A stretch of DNA of 64,000 nucleotides from contig OZ024757.1 in NCBI GenBank assembly GCA_964016885.1, positions 18,848,001-18,912,000 of the forward strand, in the 5' to 3' direction. Shown piece by piece: positions 1-14,129 of the stretch. Each line of letters opens with the position of its first letter. The first letter of the stretch is position 1. Source of the DNA: Eledone cirrhosa (taxonomy: Eukaryota). The notes below the pieces were generated by a model. That model saw only the letters and a list, made by a program, of their open reading frames with translations, ran no database searches and was not told where the DNA came from. A program made the translations under genes and the position numbers.

Positions 1-141
1 TGTCAAAAGCAAGACAACCTCCTTAATGCTGGTGATATGATAAAAATACACCCAGTTCACTCTGTAATGTATGCTGTCATATGCAAGCAAATAAGATCAT
101 TGATTGCCCTAATCTGTACACAAAACACTGAGAAAATACAG

Positions 142-568
142 TTAAACCAACCACTGACTTACACTCATAATTCCCATTAAACCAACCTACACTCATAATT
201 CCCATTAAACCAACCTACACTCATAATTCCCATTAAACCAACCTACACTCATAATACCCATTAAACCAACCTACACTCATAATACCCATTAAACCAACCT
301 ACACTCATAATACCCATTAAACCAACCTACACTCATAATTCTGGTCAAACCAGCCTATACTCATAATTCCCATTAAACTGACCTACACTTGTAATTCCCA
401 TTAAACCGACCTACACTCATAATTCCCATTAAACCAACCTACACTCATAATTCCCATTAAACCAACCACCAACCTACTACACTCATAATTTCCATTAAAC
501 TAGCCTGCACTCAATTACCATTAAAACAACCTATACTCATCATTCCCATTAAACCAACCTACATTCAT
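142..568. repeat. 28-bp minisatellite, ~15 copies
   Basis: Unit TTAAACCAACCTACACTCATAATTCCCA. Confidence 0.95.
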
Positions 569-857
569 AAGGGGGCCCACAATAATTTTCTATTTGTTTG
601 TTGCAAGGGCCTCACAATGTTTTTCAATTTGTTTATGCTATAAGGAGGCCCGCAGTAATGCTGTTCAATTTGTTTATGATGTAAGGGCCCCACAATGTTG
701 TTTAATTTGTTTATGTTGTAAGGGGTCCTACAGTAATATTGTTCAATTTTTTTATGGTACAAGGAGGCCCACAATAATGTTGATTAATTTGTTTATGGTA
801 TAAGGGGTCCTACAGTAATGCTGTTCAATTTGTTTATGATATAAGGGGTCTTACAGT
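568..857. repeat. ~39-bp degenerate minisatellite, 7-8 copies
   Basis: Unit approximately AAGGGGCCCACAATAATGTTGTTCAATTTGTTTATGGTAT. Confidence 0.85.
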
Positions 858-964
858 TCTGTTGTGTTATTTGTGAAAAGTGTCCCTTAATCTGATTAAG
901 GGATATTTTTTCACATTCCTTCTCAGAATTTATAAGTAGTTTTAAAGGATTATATATATATACA

Positions 965-1040
965 CAGGGTGTCCAAAAAAATGTATACATGTTTTTATTC
1001 GAATGCTGCTGAAGTGTGTATACGTCTTTTTGGGGACACA
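965..1040. mobile_element. Tiny Tc1/mariner-type MITE (second copy ~34944-35023, opposite orientation)
   Basis: Imperfect TIR CAGGGTGTCCAAAAAAATGTATACA...TGTATACGTCTTTTTGGGGACAC, embedded in TA repeats. Confidence 0.6.
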
Positions 1041-1074
1041 CACATTTATATATATATATGTGTGTGTGTGTGTT

Positions 1075-1202
<128 letters not shown>

Positions 1203-1326
1203 GAAGGATTTGGATTAATGAGATTTTAAAAATGTAACAAAAATAAAGTGGATGAAAAATAGTACACACTCAAATAAAGACACACACACATATATATATC
1301 TGTACCTATACACATACATGTCTGTA

Positions 1327-1368
<42 letters not shown>

Positions 1369-1453
1369 TAAATATATATATAGGCATACTGGTGTATATA
1401 TATATATATTAATTCAAAATATTAACAAAATAGATATTCTTGTGATCAAGTAT

Positions 1454-1518
1454 ATTTTATTATACATATTTCAGAGGTACTGAGTTAACTTCAACAGTAC
1501 GTCCTCATCAGATAAAAT
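1454..1518 (-). ncRNA. Minimal hammerhead ribozyme, family also at ~19143(-), ~20322(-), 20482-20547(+), ~56835(-)
   Basis: ATTTTAT-CTGATGA-GGACGTACTG..CAGTACCTCT-GAAA-TATGTA-TA-ATAAAAT. Confidence 0.75.
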
Positions 1519-2019
1519 AAGATGATGCATGACATACCCTGAGATGGTAGATGTATTGTAAAACTCATTCTTTGATTTATTCATTGAACTTTGTTTAACC
1601 TTTAAATATATCATTTTTTCATCATTTCATCATTTCATTTTACGTCCACTTTTCCCTGCTTGCAAGGGTGGGACGGGAACTGATTCTGGCTTGATTTCTA
1701 CAGCTGGATGCCCTTCCTAACACCAACCTCATTTACAGTGAGTGCTGGGTGCTTTTTTCCGTGGCACCTCCACGACCACTTTGCAGTGGAATGATAGGGA
1801 TCCCAGTCCCTATCATCTCATTTCTACAGCTGAGTAAACTGGAGCAACGTGAAATAAAGTGTCTTGCTCAAGGAAACAACACATCACCCGGTCTGAGAAT
1901 TGAACTCACAACCTTTCGATTGCAAGGCCAATGCTCTAACCACTAAGCCATCTGCCTCCATATATATATATACACACACACACAGACATATCTGTGTATA
2001 TATATATAAATGAGATCGA

Positions 2020-2280
2020 GATCGTGTAGGTGTCACGAGAAAAAAAACACACAGTCCACGCTGTAATGTGGCCATGTAGGTAACACGGTAAAAAGTTCCC
2101 AGTTCCACACTGTAAATGTGGTTGGTGTTAGGAAGGGCATCCAGCCGTAGAAAACCTGCCAGATAGTCCTATATGAGCGAGACATGGACACCCGACCAAC
2201 CTTGCCTCAAGTGGGACAACTCCCGTCTAACCCATGCTAGCGTGGAAAATGGACGTTAAACGAAGATGATGATGATGATA
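2020..2280 (+). mobile_element. Second SINE family 3' part sharing the GGTGTTAGGAAGGGCATCCAGC module, (GAT)n tail
   Basis: Related copies at 15010-15197(+), 26645-26762(+), 34403-34665(-), 39790-39966(+), 57875-58110(-), 63012-63117(+). They end in AACCCATGCTAGCGTGGAA..GGACGTTAAA(TGA)n. Confidence 0.8.
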
Positions 2281-3857
2281 TATATATATGTGTGGTTTAA
2301 TTTATATAGATATATAATTTATTTCATGAGTCCCAGTCTTAATTCACTTGTCAAAGAATCATTGTGTATATATGTATATATATATGTCTCTGTGTCTCTG
2401 GTTGTTACTTGTGTCTCTCTATATATATGTGTGTGTGTATGTGTGTGTTCCTGGGTGTATGTGTGTGTTCCCCGGGGTGTGTGTGTATGTGTGTGTTCCT
2501 GGGGGTGTGTGTGTGTGTGTGTTCCTGGGGGTGTGAGTATATATATATATATATGTGTGTCTGTATATATGTGTTTGTATGTGTGTGTGTGTGTGTGTTC
2601 CTGGGTGTGTGAGTATATATATATATATATGTGTCTGTATATATGTGTTTATATGTGTATATATGTGAGTGTGTGTGTGTGTTCCTGGGTGTGTGAGTAT
2701 ATATATATATGTGTCTGTATATGTGTTTGTATGTGTATATATGTGAGTGTGTGTGTGTGTCAGTATATGTGTGCCTATGCCTGTCCGTGCATGTGTGTAT
2801 ATGTCTGTGTGTGTGTGTATCAGTATTTGGGTACAAGTGTGTGTATATATCTGTATACATGTGCATGCCTATCTGTGTGCATGTGTCTATGGCTGCCTCT
2901 GTGTGTGTGTATGTGTCTATGCCTGCCTCTGTGTGTGTGTATGTGTCTATGCCTGCCTATGTGTGTCTGCATGTGTGTGTGTGTGTCTATGCCTGCCTGC
3001 CTGTGTGTGTGTGTGTGTGTGTATATGTGTCTATGCCTGCCTGCCTGTGTGTAAATGTGTGTGTCTATGCCTGCCTGTATGTGTGTGTATGTCTATGCCT
3101 GCCTCTGTGTGTGTTTGTGTGTGTATGTGTCTATGCCTGCCTGTGTATGTGTATGTGTATATGTCTATGCCTGCCTGTGTGTGTGTATATGTCTATGTCT
3201 GCCTGTGTGTGTGTATGTCTATGCCTGCCTCTGTGTGTGTTTGTGTGTGTATGTGTCTATGCCTGCCTGTGTATGTGTATGTGTATATGTCTATGCCTGC
3301 CTGTGTGTGTGTATATGTCTATGTCTGCCTGTGTGTGTGTATGTCTATGCCTGCCTCTGTGTGTGTTTGTGTGTGTATATGTCTATGCCTGCCTGTGTGT
3401 GTGTATATGTCTGTCTGCCTGTGTGTGTGTATATGTCTATGTCTGTCTGTGTGTGTGTATATGTCTATGTCTGCCTGTGTGTGTGTATATGTCTATGCCT
3501 GCCCGTATGTGTGTGTATGTCTATGCCTGCCTCTGTGTGTGTTTGTGTGTGTATATGTCTATGCCTGCCTGTATGTGTGTGTATGTCTATGCCTGCCTCT
3601 GTGTGTGTGTGTGTCTATGCCTGCCTGTGTGTGTGTATGTGTCTATGCCTGCCTGTATGTGTGTGTATGTTTATGCCTGCCTGTATGTGTGTGTCTGTAT
3701 TTTACACATCAAACACTGAGCTGGTTGTTATCACCCCATAAGTTGTCCTTACCTGACCCTTGTCATTGACTGAAGATATTTGTTCTACTGAGACAACCCA
3801 ACCACTGAAGAATTTGAACTTTGCCCGCTTAGTTCTACATACCCACATATCTGGAGA

Positions 3858-4635
3858 CTTCTGGTGTCATTGGCCCTAGGACTACCTCCCTACTCACCAC
3901 CACTGGCTTCTGGTGTCCTTGGCCCTAGGACCACCTCCCAACACACTACCATCGACACCCCCGTAGCAGTGAAGTTATCTGGTGTCCTTGGCCCTGGGAC
4001 CACCTCCCAACTCACCACCATCACCTTCTCGTGTCCTTGGCCCTAGGACCACATCCCAACACACTACCATCGACACCCCCGTAGCAGTGAAGATATCTGG
4101 TGTCCTTGGCCCTGGGACCACCTCCCAACTCACCACCATCACCTTCTCGTGTCCTTGGCCCTAGGACCACCTCCCAACACACTACCATCGACACCCCCGT
4201 AGCAGTGAAGATATCTGGTGTCCTTGGCCCTGGGACCACCTCCCAACTCACCACCATCACCTTCTCGTGTCCTTGGCCCTAGGACCACCTCCCAACACAC
4301 TACCATCGACACCCCCGTAGCAGTGAAGATATCTGGTGTCCTTGGCCCTGGGACCACCTCCCTACTCACCACCATCACCTTCTCGTGTCCTTAGCCCTAG
4401 GACCACCTCCCAACACACTACCATCGACACCCCCGTAGCAGTGAAGATATCTGGTGTCCTTGGCCCTGGGACCACCTCCCTACTCACCACCGTCACCTTC
4501 TCGTGTCTTTGGCCCTAGGACTACTTCCAAACTCACCACCACTGGCTCCTGGTGTCCTTGACCCTAGGACCACCTCCCTAATCACCACCATTGGCACCCC
4601 CATACCAGTGGAAACTTCTGATGTCCTTAGCCTGA
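3858..4635. repeat. GC-rich 118-bp dimeric minisatellite (49+69-bp subunits)
   Basis: GTGTCCTTGGCCCT(A/G)GGACCACCTCCC recurs at alternating 49 and 69-bp spacing; the ORF track repeats with period 118. Confidence 0.95.
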
Positions 4636-4755
4636 TGAGAGTTGGGCCCAATGGCTGAGCTCTTGCTGACTCTCTAATATATATATACTCTACTATCCGA
4701 AGTATTAAGTACTCTACTGAATAATGATCTTACTAGTTTAGAACTGGTATCATCC

Positions 4756-4912
<157 letters not shown>

Positions 4913-5122
4913 CCTAACTGTACCAAGGGTCTCACACATTTGCAAAAAAAAAATATATATATATGTGTGTGTGTGTATGTGTGTGTGTGCAAAAGGTTCA
5001 GTTAGTCTGAAGAAAACTGGTGAGAGTACCAATGACCCCAGATCACGAGCCAGCTGCCCAGGAAACATTTGTAACTGGGTTAAGCAATGAATCTCATATG
5101 AAAGATTTCTACTTTGTTCTTA

Positions 5123-5154
<32 letters not shown>

Positions 5155-5330
5155 ATGTCCGCAGATGTGCTACATCATGCACTTTTCTAAAAAAATAAAT
5201 CATACACAAAACGCCAGCACCAACAGTTTTGCAAGAGATGTCAACATGAATGGACCTGTTATTTTTATCTAAAGATATTTTTTCCAATTCCAACCGCCCG
5301 TCCCCTCGATCTATCTTATTTCTCATTCTT

Positions 5331-5366
5331 TCTTCTGATGAAGGACTAGCATCCGAAACGTTAAGA
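5331..5366 (+). ncRNA. Minimal hammerhead-like motif of the PLE pseudo-LTR type
   Basis: TCTT-CTGATGA-AGGA(ctagca)TCC-GAAA-CG-TT-AAGA, with palindromic ACGT stem III. Confidence 0.7.
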
Positions 5367-5453
5367 TCTTCTTCCTGCTATATCAACCGTTAACCTAATA
5401 TATACCTTCCATATACTGTACCGACTGTGTTGTTATTTCTGTTTACCTTTTAC

Positions 5454-5487
<34 letters not shown>

Positions 5488-5975
5488 GCACATAGCTTAG
5501 TGGTTAGAGCATTGGCCTTGCAATCGAAAGGTTGTGAGTTCAATTCTCAGACCAGGTGATGTTGTTTCCTTGAGCAAGACACTTTATTTCACATTGCTCC
5601 AGTTCACTCAGCTGTAGAAATGAGATGATAGGGACTGGGGTTCCTATCATTCCACTGCAAAGTGGTCGTGGAGGTGCCACGGCAAAAAAGCACCCAGCAC
5701 TCACTGTAAATGAGGTTGGTGTTAGGAAGGGCATCCAGCTGTAGAAATCAAGCCAAAATCAGTACCCGTCCCACCCTTGCAAGCAGGGAAAAGCGGACGT
5801 AAAATGAAATGATGATGATGATGATGAAATGATATAAATATATATTCAATGAGAATCGCATTTCGGCGGGTAGAAAAAACGAAACGAAACGCAAAATCAG
5901 AGTCATGCTGGCAAGCGTTCATAGTTAAAAAAACAGAGCTAAACATGTTATAATTTATATATATATATATACACA

Positions 5976-6015
<40 letters not shown>

Positions 6016-6578
6016 AAGGTAGATAAGGTTGTATTAATGTATATCAGGAATGCTTAAACAAGAAAACTGCTTAAACGAAAATCCCATTCCTGAATTCTAC
6101 CACGTAGTGAATAGTCACTTCCACAATTATAAGCTTTCTGATGAAGTGTGATAAATAATTAAGTATTACATATGATTGAACAATATATGTTGTAGTCAGC
6201 ATATGTAGACAATTATAATAGACATAGAAACATATGTTAGTAAATTACTATCAAGGCCTATTTAGTTGTGATATCCATACGATATTTGTTGTAAACCAAT
6301 CTGATATGAGATAATACTGATATCACATAGTATTGTAAGATTGTTAATGATATTAAAATATTTTGATATCTTGTAAATATGTAATAAGATAGACAGACTC
6401 TGTCTGTGTGTGTGTGTGTGTATGTATGTGTCAGTGTGTGTATCTATGTGTATATGTATGTGTCTGTGTGTGTCTATGTGTATGTATGATATGTATGTGT
6501 TGGCATGTGTGTGTCTGCATGTGTATATCCATTAACGTGTATATATGTGTTTATGTATATATCTCTCTCTCTCTCTCT

Positions 6579-6613
<35 letters not shown>

Positions 6614-6641
6614 GGCATGTAATGATTTGTGTATATGTACA

Positions 6642-7240
6642 TGGTGGCTGCCAACTCGTTTTCGAGTACGGCCATTACTTTATATCCATGTAGGAGAACC
6701 TCTACCGATGCGCTGTAGACTTTTTAGTCCAGCCAGCGACTTGAAAACTCTGGTACAAACACTACACTTGTGACAATTATTGACACATAGTGCTGGGCCC
6801 ATGGTACCATGTGATGACAAGTGCAAAGAGATCTCCAGATATAAAGCAATGCCTGTGCCGTGAAGCTTTTATAGTGAGCAAAGGCACTGCACAAAGCCAG
6901 TCCCACTCTCTTAACCAAGATGATATTTACCAAAAAGAAGAACAAGTCAACATCATTGGATACCATCAGGGTTGCAGGTGTTATATCAGAGTTTTCCTTC
7001 TCCTAGAATTCTGCCATGACAAAGGCTAAGGGGTGATCTCTCCCGGTGATTTTGGATGGCCATTGACTATTAAGAGCTCCTTTCCCTTTGACAGATTTTG
7101 TTTTTAGTCCTGCAGGATGTCCAAAGTCACCCTCCTCACCAAGAAACCTTGGTGGGGTTGCCAGTTTAGTCGCCAACGACCCAACCATGGGACGGTTGTA
7201 CTGGGATACATGTTACCAGTAGCACCAACTGGTGACCTGA
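6642..7240 (-). mobile_element. ~600-bp non-coding interspersed repeat, 4 copies (also 38328-38734+, 40398-40953-, 54799-55206+)
   Basis: Copies are highly similar and share one fixed end (GAGTTGGCAGCCACCA next to TA repeats) while the other end varies. Contains CTAGGAGAAGGAAAACTCTGA, reminiscent of RTE 5'UTR-derived non-autonomous elements. Orientation is inferred. Confidence 0.7.
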
Positions 7241-7351
7241 CATATGTACATATATATATATATATACACACATACACACATATATATCATCATCATCATC
7301 ATTTTCATTTTCCACAGTTGCATGGATTGGATGGGATTATATATATATACG

Positions 7352-7406
<55 letters not shown>

Positions 7407-7408
7407 CA

Positions 7409-7449
<41 letters not shown>

Positions 7450-7628
7450 CACACTATATATATATATATATATATATATACTTATACATATACACACTAT
7501 ATATACTTATACATATACACACTATATATATATATATATATACTTATACATATATACACTATATATATATATATATACACACACACTATATATATATGTG
7601 TGTGCCTATATATATATGTGTGTGTGTC

Positions 7629-7697
<69 letters not shown>

Positions 7698-8139
7698 ATG
7701 ACTGTACCTATGAATATTTATGTATATGTAATACCAGTTAATTACATAAGATCTATGCCAATATTTATCAATAATATCAAGACAGAATAAATATGATAAC
7801 TTATTTATTTATTTATTCCACAGTTTTGTATCATTCATATCAGTTAATTTGATATTTCTACATTATGATTGCTATCGGCTACATCAGACAAATTGATAAC
7901 AAGCTAGATTTATTGTTGTATTAAAGATATCTAATGATGATCATTTATAACACATGGTTACACGTCTCGGATAATATCTGCTCTGGAGAAATGATTAGGC
8001 ATTTCTTTTTTTTTCTGTTGTTTGCTTTGCTTTGCTTTGCTTTGCTTTGCTTTTCATATAAAACCTCCTAAACTATTAACGTCCTGCTCCACACGAAGTC
8101 GCATTACTAAGCGATACTGCCAATCCAAGAGCCTACCGC

Positions 8140-8752
8140 TTAATAGTTGTTTCTACTTTTGGCACAAGGCCAGCAATTACCCACCAGTGTATTACTGGTA
8201 CTTTATTTTATCGGGATGGATTAGCTAGAGAGAGAGAGAGAGAGAGAGAGAGATGAGAGAGAGAGTGTGTGAGGTAATAATTGTTTCTACTTTTGGCACA
8301 AGGCCAGCAATTACCCACCAGTGTATTACTGGTACTTTATTTATCGGGATGGATTAGCTAGAGAAGAGGAGAGACTCTTTATTTTATCGGGATGGATTAG
8401 AGAGAGAGAGAGAGAGAGAGAGAGTGTGTGAGGTAATAATTGTTTCTACTTTTGGCACAAGGCCAGCAATTACCCACCAGTGTATTACTGGTACTTTATT
8501 TTATCGGGATGGATTAGCTAGAGAGAGAGAGAGAGAGAGAGAGAGAGTGTGTGAGGTAATAATTGTTTCTACTTTTGGCACAAGGCCAGCAATTACCCAC
8601 CAGTGTATTACTGGTACTTTATTTTATCGGGATGGATTAGCTAGAGAGAGAGAGAGAGTGTGTGAGGTAATAATTGTTTCTACTTTTGGCACAAGGCCAG
8701 CAATTACCCACCAGTGTATTACTGGTACTTTATTTTATCGGGATAGATTAGC

Positions 8753-8789
<37 letters not shown>

Positions 8790-8870
8790 TGAGGTAATAA
8801 TTGTTTCTACTTTTGGCACAAGGCCAGCAATTATCCCAGTGTATTACTGGTACTTTATTTTATCGATCCC
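8140..8870. repeat. Tandem array of MetaSINE 3' end plus variable (GA)n, ~6 units
   Basis: Unit GTGTGTGAGGTAATAATTGTTTCTACTTTTGGCACAAGGCC...TTATCGGGATGGATTAGCTA(GA)n. Confidence 0.9.
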
Positions 8871-10729
8871 GTAAGGATGAAAGGCAAAGTTAACCGGGAT
8901 TTGAACTCAGACCATAAAGGGCCGTAACTCTGTGCTGCAAAGCATGGCATCCGACGCTCTACCGATACTGCCAATCCAATAGCCTACCGCTTAATAGTTG
9001 TTTCTACTTTTGGCACAAGGCCAGCAATTATCCACCAGTGTATTACTGGTACTTCATTTTATCGACCCCTGTAAGGATGAAAGGCAAAGTTAATCCCGCT
9101 GAGGTTAACTTTGTTAAGTTATGTTCCAAATGCCAACTTAATAATGAGAAAGTTATATTACTAAATCACTCCAAATTCACCACCACCACTACCACCACCA
9201 CTACCACCACACACCACCACCACCTTTTATAAGAACCTTTGTTAAGTTATGTTCCAAATACCAATAAACAATGAGAAAGTTAGTTATATTACTAAATCAC
9301 TCCAAATTCACCACCCCACTACCACCTCGCACCACCACCACCAGCACTACCAACACCACTACCAGCACACACCACCATCACCAGCACTACCACCACCACC
9401 ATCATCACACCACCACCACCAGCACTACCACTACCACTACCACCACACACCATCACCACTAGCACCACCACCATCACCATCACCACACCACCACCAGCAC
9501 TACCACCACCACTACCACCACTAGCACTACCACCACCATCACCACACCACCACCAGCACCAGCACTACCACCATCAACACACCACCACCACCACACACCA
9601 CCACCACCAGTACTACCACCATCACCACACCACCCACCACCAGCACTACCACTACCACCACACACCATCACCACTAGCACTACCACCATCACCACACCAC
9701 CACCAGCACTACCACCACTACCACCACTACCACCACCACTACCACCACACACCACCACCACCACCACCACCACCACCACCACCACCACACACCACCACCA
9801 CCAGCACTACCACCATCACACCACCACCACCACCTTATATAAGAACCTTTGTTAAGTTATGTTCCAAATATCAATAAACAATGAGAAAATTAGTTATATT
9901 ACTAAATCACTCCAAATTCTTGATTACTTTTGTCTAGGTTGTGAGAGAACAGTTTAATCACCTGAGGTATTCAGAGTGGGACAGCTATTCAGGGCGGGAC
10001 AGCTATTCAGGGCAGGACAGCAACCCCCAGCTGAGAGAAATATAGGTTTCACCCCCCTACCAGCTACAGAAATCAAAGAAAAATCTAATAAAGAGAAATC
10101 AATCAACTAACACACATTCACACATTCACACATTCACATTCACACATACATACTCACACACTCACACTTACACACTCACACATACATACTCACACACTCA
10201 CACTTACACACTCACACACACATTCACACTTACACACACACACACACATTCACACTCACACTCACACTTACACACTCACACACACATTCACACACTCACA
10301 CACATTCACACTTACACACACATTCACACACACATTCACACATACACACACATTCACACATACATACTCACACAGTCACACTCACACACTCACACTTACA
10401 CACTCACACACATTCACACAGACACATTCACACATACATACTCACACACTCACACTTACACACACACATTCACACATACATACTCACACACTCGCACACA
10501 CTCACACACACTCACATTTATACACACTCCTAGACACATTCACACTCACTCACACACACATTCACAGACATACTCACACACATACACACACTCACACACA
10601 TACACACACTCACATTCATACACACACTCACATTCATACACTCACTCCTAGATACACACACACTCATACACACACACACTCAGACACACACTTAGACGCA
10701 CACTCAGACACGCACTTAGACACACACTG

Positions 10730-10761
<32 letters not shown>

Positions 10762-11544
10762 ATATACCCACACACACACACACACTCCTACACACACTCC
10801 TACACACACTCACACACACACACACATAATCATACACACATATATAATGATCATCACCATCACCACCATCACCACCACCATCAACACCACCACCATCATC
10901 ACCACCATCACCACCATCATCATCACCACCATCACCACCATCATCATCACCACTACCATCACCACCATCATCACCACCACCATCAACATCACCACCACCA
11001 TCACCACCATCATCACAACCATTATCAACACCACCATCAACACCACCACCACCACCACCATCACCACCACCATCACCACCATCATCACCACCACCATCAC
11101 CACCAACATCACCACCACCATCACCACCATCACCACCACCATCATCACCACCACCATCAACATCATCATCACCACCACCATCACCACCATCATCACCACC
11201 ATCAACACCACCATCAACATCATCACCACCACCATCATCACCATCATCACCACCATCACCACCACCACCATCATCAACACCACCATCACCACCACCACCA
11301 TCATCATCATCACCACCACCACCACCACTATCACCACCATCACCACCATCACCACCATCATCATAGACTTCCTTTCCACCCCCCCCCCCCCCCACCACCA
11401 CCACCACGACTACCACCAACATCATCACCATCATCATCATATATATGAACTGGATCTTATCCAAATAAGAAATAAGTTTATTAATGAACAAAATGAGTTC
11501 ATTGTTGTATGAGGACATCTCTGAAGTGGAAAATTGATGTTTAT

Positions 11545-11545
11545 A

Positions 11546-11579
<34 letters not shown>

Positions 11580-12450
11580 TTTCTTTATTGGCCACAAGGG
11601 CTGACACCAAGAAAAACATTACAGACGGCACAGGACGGTACAGGACGATACAAAGTGGGTTTTAGTCGTGTAAACAGGTTATAATAAAATTGAGCTAGAA
11701 ATCAAAAAAATTCAAACAACAAAAATTCCACCAAAAACGGGGAAACCACACAAAAAGGCCACAGTCGCCCCTGACCACCACGGCAAGCGCCCTCTCTCAG
11801 TTTTCCCACTCCTCAGTCTACAGGCGCATACTCAGTGCGGGCCCGTTCACTCGGACCAGACTCGCCACTTTCACCCACCTTTCAACAAACTTACTAAAAG
11901 ACAACACATGCCTCTTCCACCCTGATTTTCATCTTCAAGTGAAACTTGAAAAAGTTGATCAGGGATTGGCCGAAGAAGAAAATGTCTGTCTTCAACCCTT
12001 TCAACCTTGTCCACCACACACTCTCTTTCGCCATGGCCACCAGGCAGATGAAAACTGCCTGCTCATCCTCCTCTTTAAAAGAGGATGGCGGGTCTATCTG
12101 CACAATGGACTGTCGAGAAACCAGATCTGTCCTACACGCGACAGCAGCTGTTTGACATAGCTCCACAAGTCAGCAATCCTCGGGCACTGAACGAGTGCAT
12201 GCAGGGCGGTTTCGGCGCCCTGCGTGCATCTCGGACAGGCTCGGTTGACAGCACCTCCGTGGCTGTAGAGCTTATCCTGAACTGGCAACGCTCCCCGGGT
12301 AGCACTGCGAGGCCAGGGATTTCTGGAAATTGTCCATAGGCCCCGCTCTGAAAGTTCTCTTGAAGAGAGCGAACAGCTGATCGTCTTCGACGCCCAGGGT
12401 CTCGTAGAGAGCATCGTCGCTCTTCCCCTCCACTAACCCTCTATATAACT
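11545..12450 (-). mobile_element. L1/Tx1-clade LINE 3' fragment (frameshifted ORF2 C-terminus, 3'UTR, (TTA)n tail)
   Basis: Minus-strand ORFs give RGALPVQDKL..CPRC..ETALHALVQC (CCHC knuckle) then AKESVWWTR. An (AAT)n tail lies at ~11548-11578. Related short 3' ends occur at ~43120 and ~46620. Confidence 0.85.
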
Positions 12451-13441
12451 ATAATAATAATTGTTTCTATTATAGGCACAAGGCCAGCAATTCCAGGGGA
12501 GGGGAAAATCGACTCCAGTACATTACTGGAACTTTATTTTATCAACCCCGTAAGGATGAAAGGCAAAGTTAACCTCGGCAGGAGTTGAACTCGGATCGTA
12601 AAGGGACATAACTCTATGCTGCAAAGCATGGCGTCCGGATCCTCACCCGATACTGCCAATCCACCGCCCTATATAATAATAATAATTGTTTCTACTTTTG
12701 GCACAAGGCCAGCAATTACCCCAGTGCATTACTGGTACTTTATTTTATCGACCCCGTAAGGATGAAAGGCAAAGTTATAGTGGTTTCTGGTTTAGGCACA
12801 AGGCCAGCAATTTTGGGGGAGAGGAAATTGATTAAATCCCCCCCCAGTGCATTACTGGTACTTTATATTTATCCACCCCGTAATAATGGTGTTGTTGTTG
12901 TTGTTGTTGGCTATGGTGATGATGATGGTAATGGTGGTGATGGGCAAGGTGTTGATAGTGACGCTGATGGTAATGGTGCTATTGGTGATGATAGTGATGA
13001 TGATGGTGATAATGGTGGTGATGATGATGATGATGATGATGATGATGTCAAATTGTGGTGTTTGAGGTGTTAGCGGTACTGCTAAAGGTATGGCTAACGA
13101 TGGTAGTTAGTAGTAGTAGTAGTAGCAGTAGTAGTAGTAGTGTTAGTAATGGAGGTAGTAATAACTACAACACCAACACCACCACCACCACCACCACCAT
13201 TATTATCTGTCAATTTTCTCGAGATGTCCACTTGAAGCCTCCTCAGTGACCCTTCAACATAGAAAAATACCAAATTAGCTTTTCTTCTCTCTCCTTCCTT
13301 CTCTCTTTCTTTCTTTCTTTCTTTCTCGACACATACACACTTACATACATTCATACACATATTTACATACACACATACACACATACACACATACACACAG
13401 TTACACTTAGATATTATTCAGCACATACTTATATATATATG

Positions 13442-13483
<42 letters not shown>

Positions 13484-13486
13484 CAG

Positions 13487-13520
<34 letters not shown>

Positions 13521-14129
13521 TACACACACACACACACACTTACACTTAGATATTACTCAGCATATATCATCATCATCATCATCATCATTTTACGTCCGCT
13601 TTTCCCTGCTTGCAAGGGTGGGACGGGAACTGATTCTGGCTGGATGCCCTTCCTAACACCAACCTCATTTACAGTGAGTGCTGGGTGCTTTTTTTGCTGT
13701 GGCACCTCCACGTCCACATTGCAGTGGAATGATAGGGACCACAGTCCCTATCATCTCATTTCTACAGCTGAGTAAACTGGGGCAATGTGAAATAAAGTGT
13801 CTTGCTCAAGGACACAACACATCACCCGTCTGAGAATTGAACTCACAACCTTTCGATTGCAAGGCCAATGCTCTAACCACTAAGCCATGTGCCTCCATGT
13901 GTATATATGCATGTACATTTATATATATATATATAAATGTACATGCATATATACACACACATATATATATGCATATATATATCAGCTACATATATCAGTT
14001 ACATAAGACAGAGAGCCTCATCTTTACTTCAGACAGAAATACATGCCTGTGTACATATCATCATCATCATCATCATCATCATTTAACGTCCAGCTTCCAC
14101 ACGCATATATTCACACACAACAAAAAGTA

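Noticed and set aside
2266-3769. Long Cys/Val/Tyr-rich ORFs, and similar ORFs at 10760-11518, 15209-15925, 22245-25349, 42450-44942, 58339-59139
   Set aside because: They are translations of di-, tri- and pentanucleotide microsatellites open in several frames at once, with no splice or homology support.
3753-3850. Possible minus-strand exon ([32 protein letters not shown], donor CAG|gtaag)
   Set aside because: Good donor but poor polypyrimidine tract, no partner exon and no recognisable homology.
3858-4635. CRISPR-like appearance (palindromic repeat plus spacers)
   Set aside because: The linkers are just two alternating repeated sequences, the context is eukaryotic and no cas genes are present. 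The 118-bp period also argues against a coding repeat.
6724-7029. Recurrent ~80-aa ORFs on both strands in the four-copy repeat
   Set aside because: They have non-ATG starts, are disrupted by a deletion in the 40.4-kb copy and show no protein motif.
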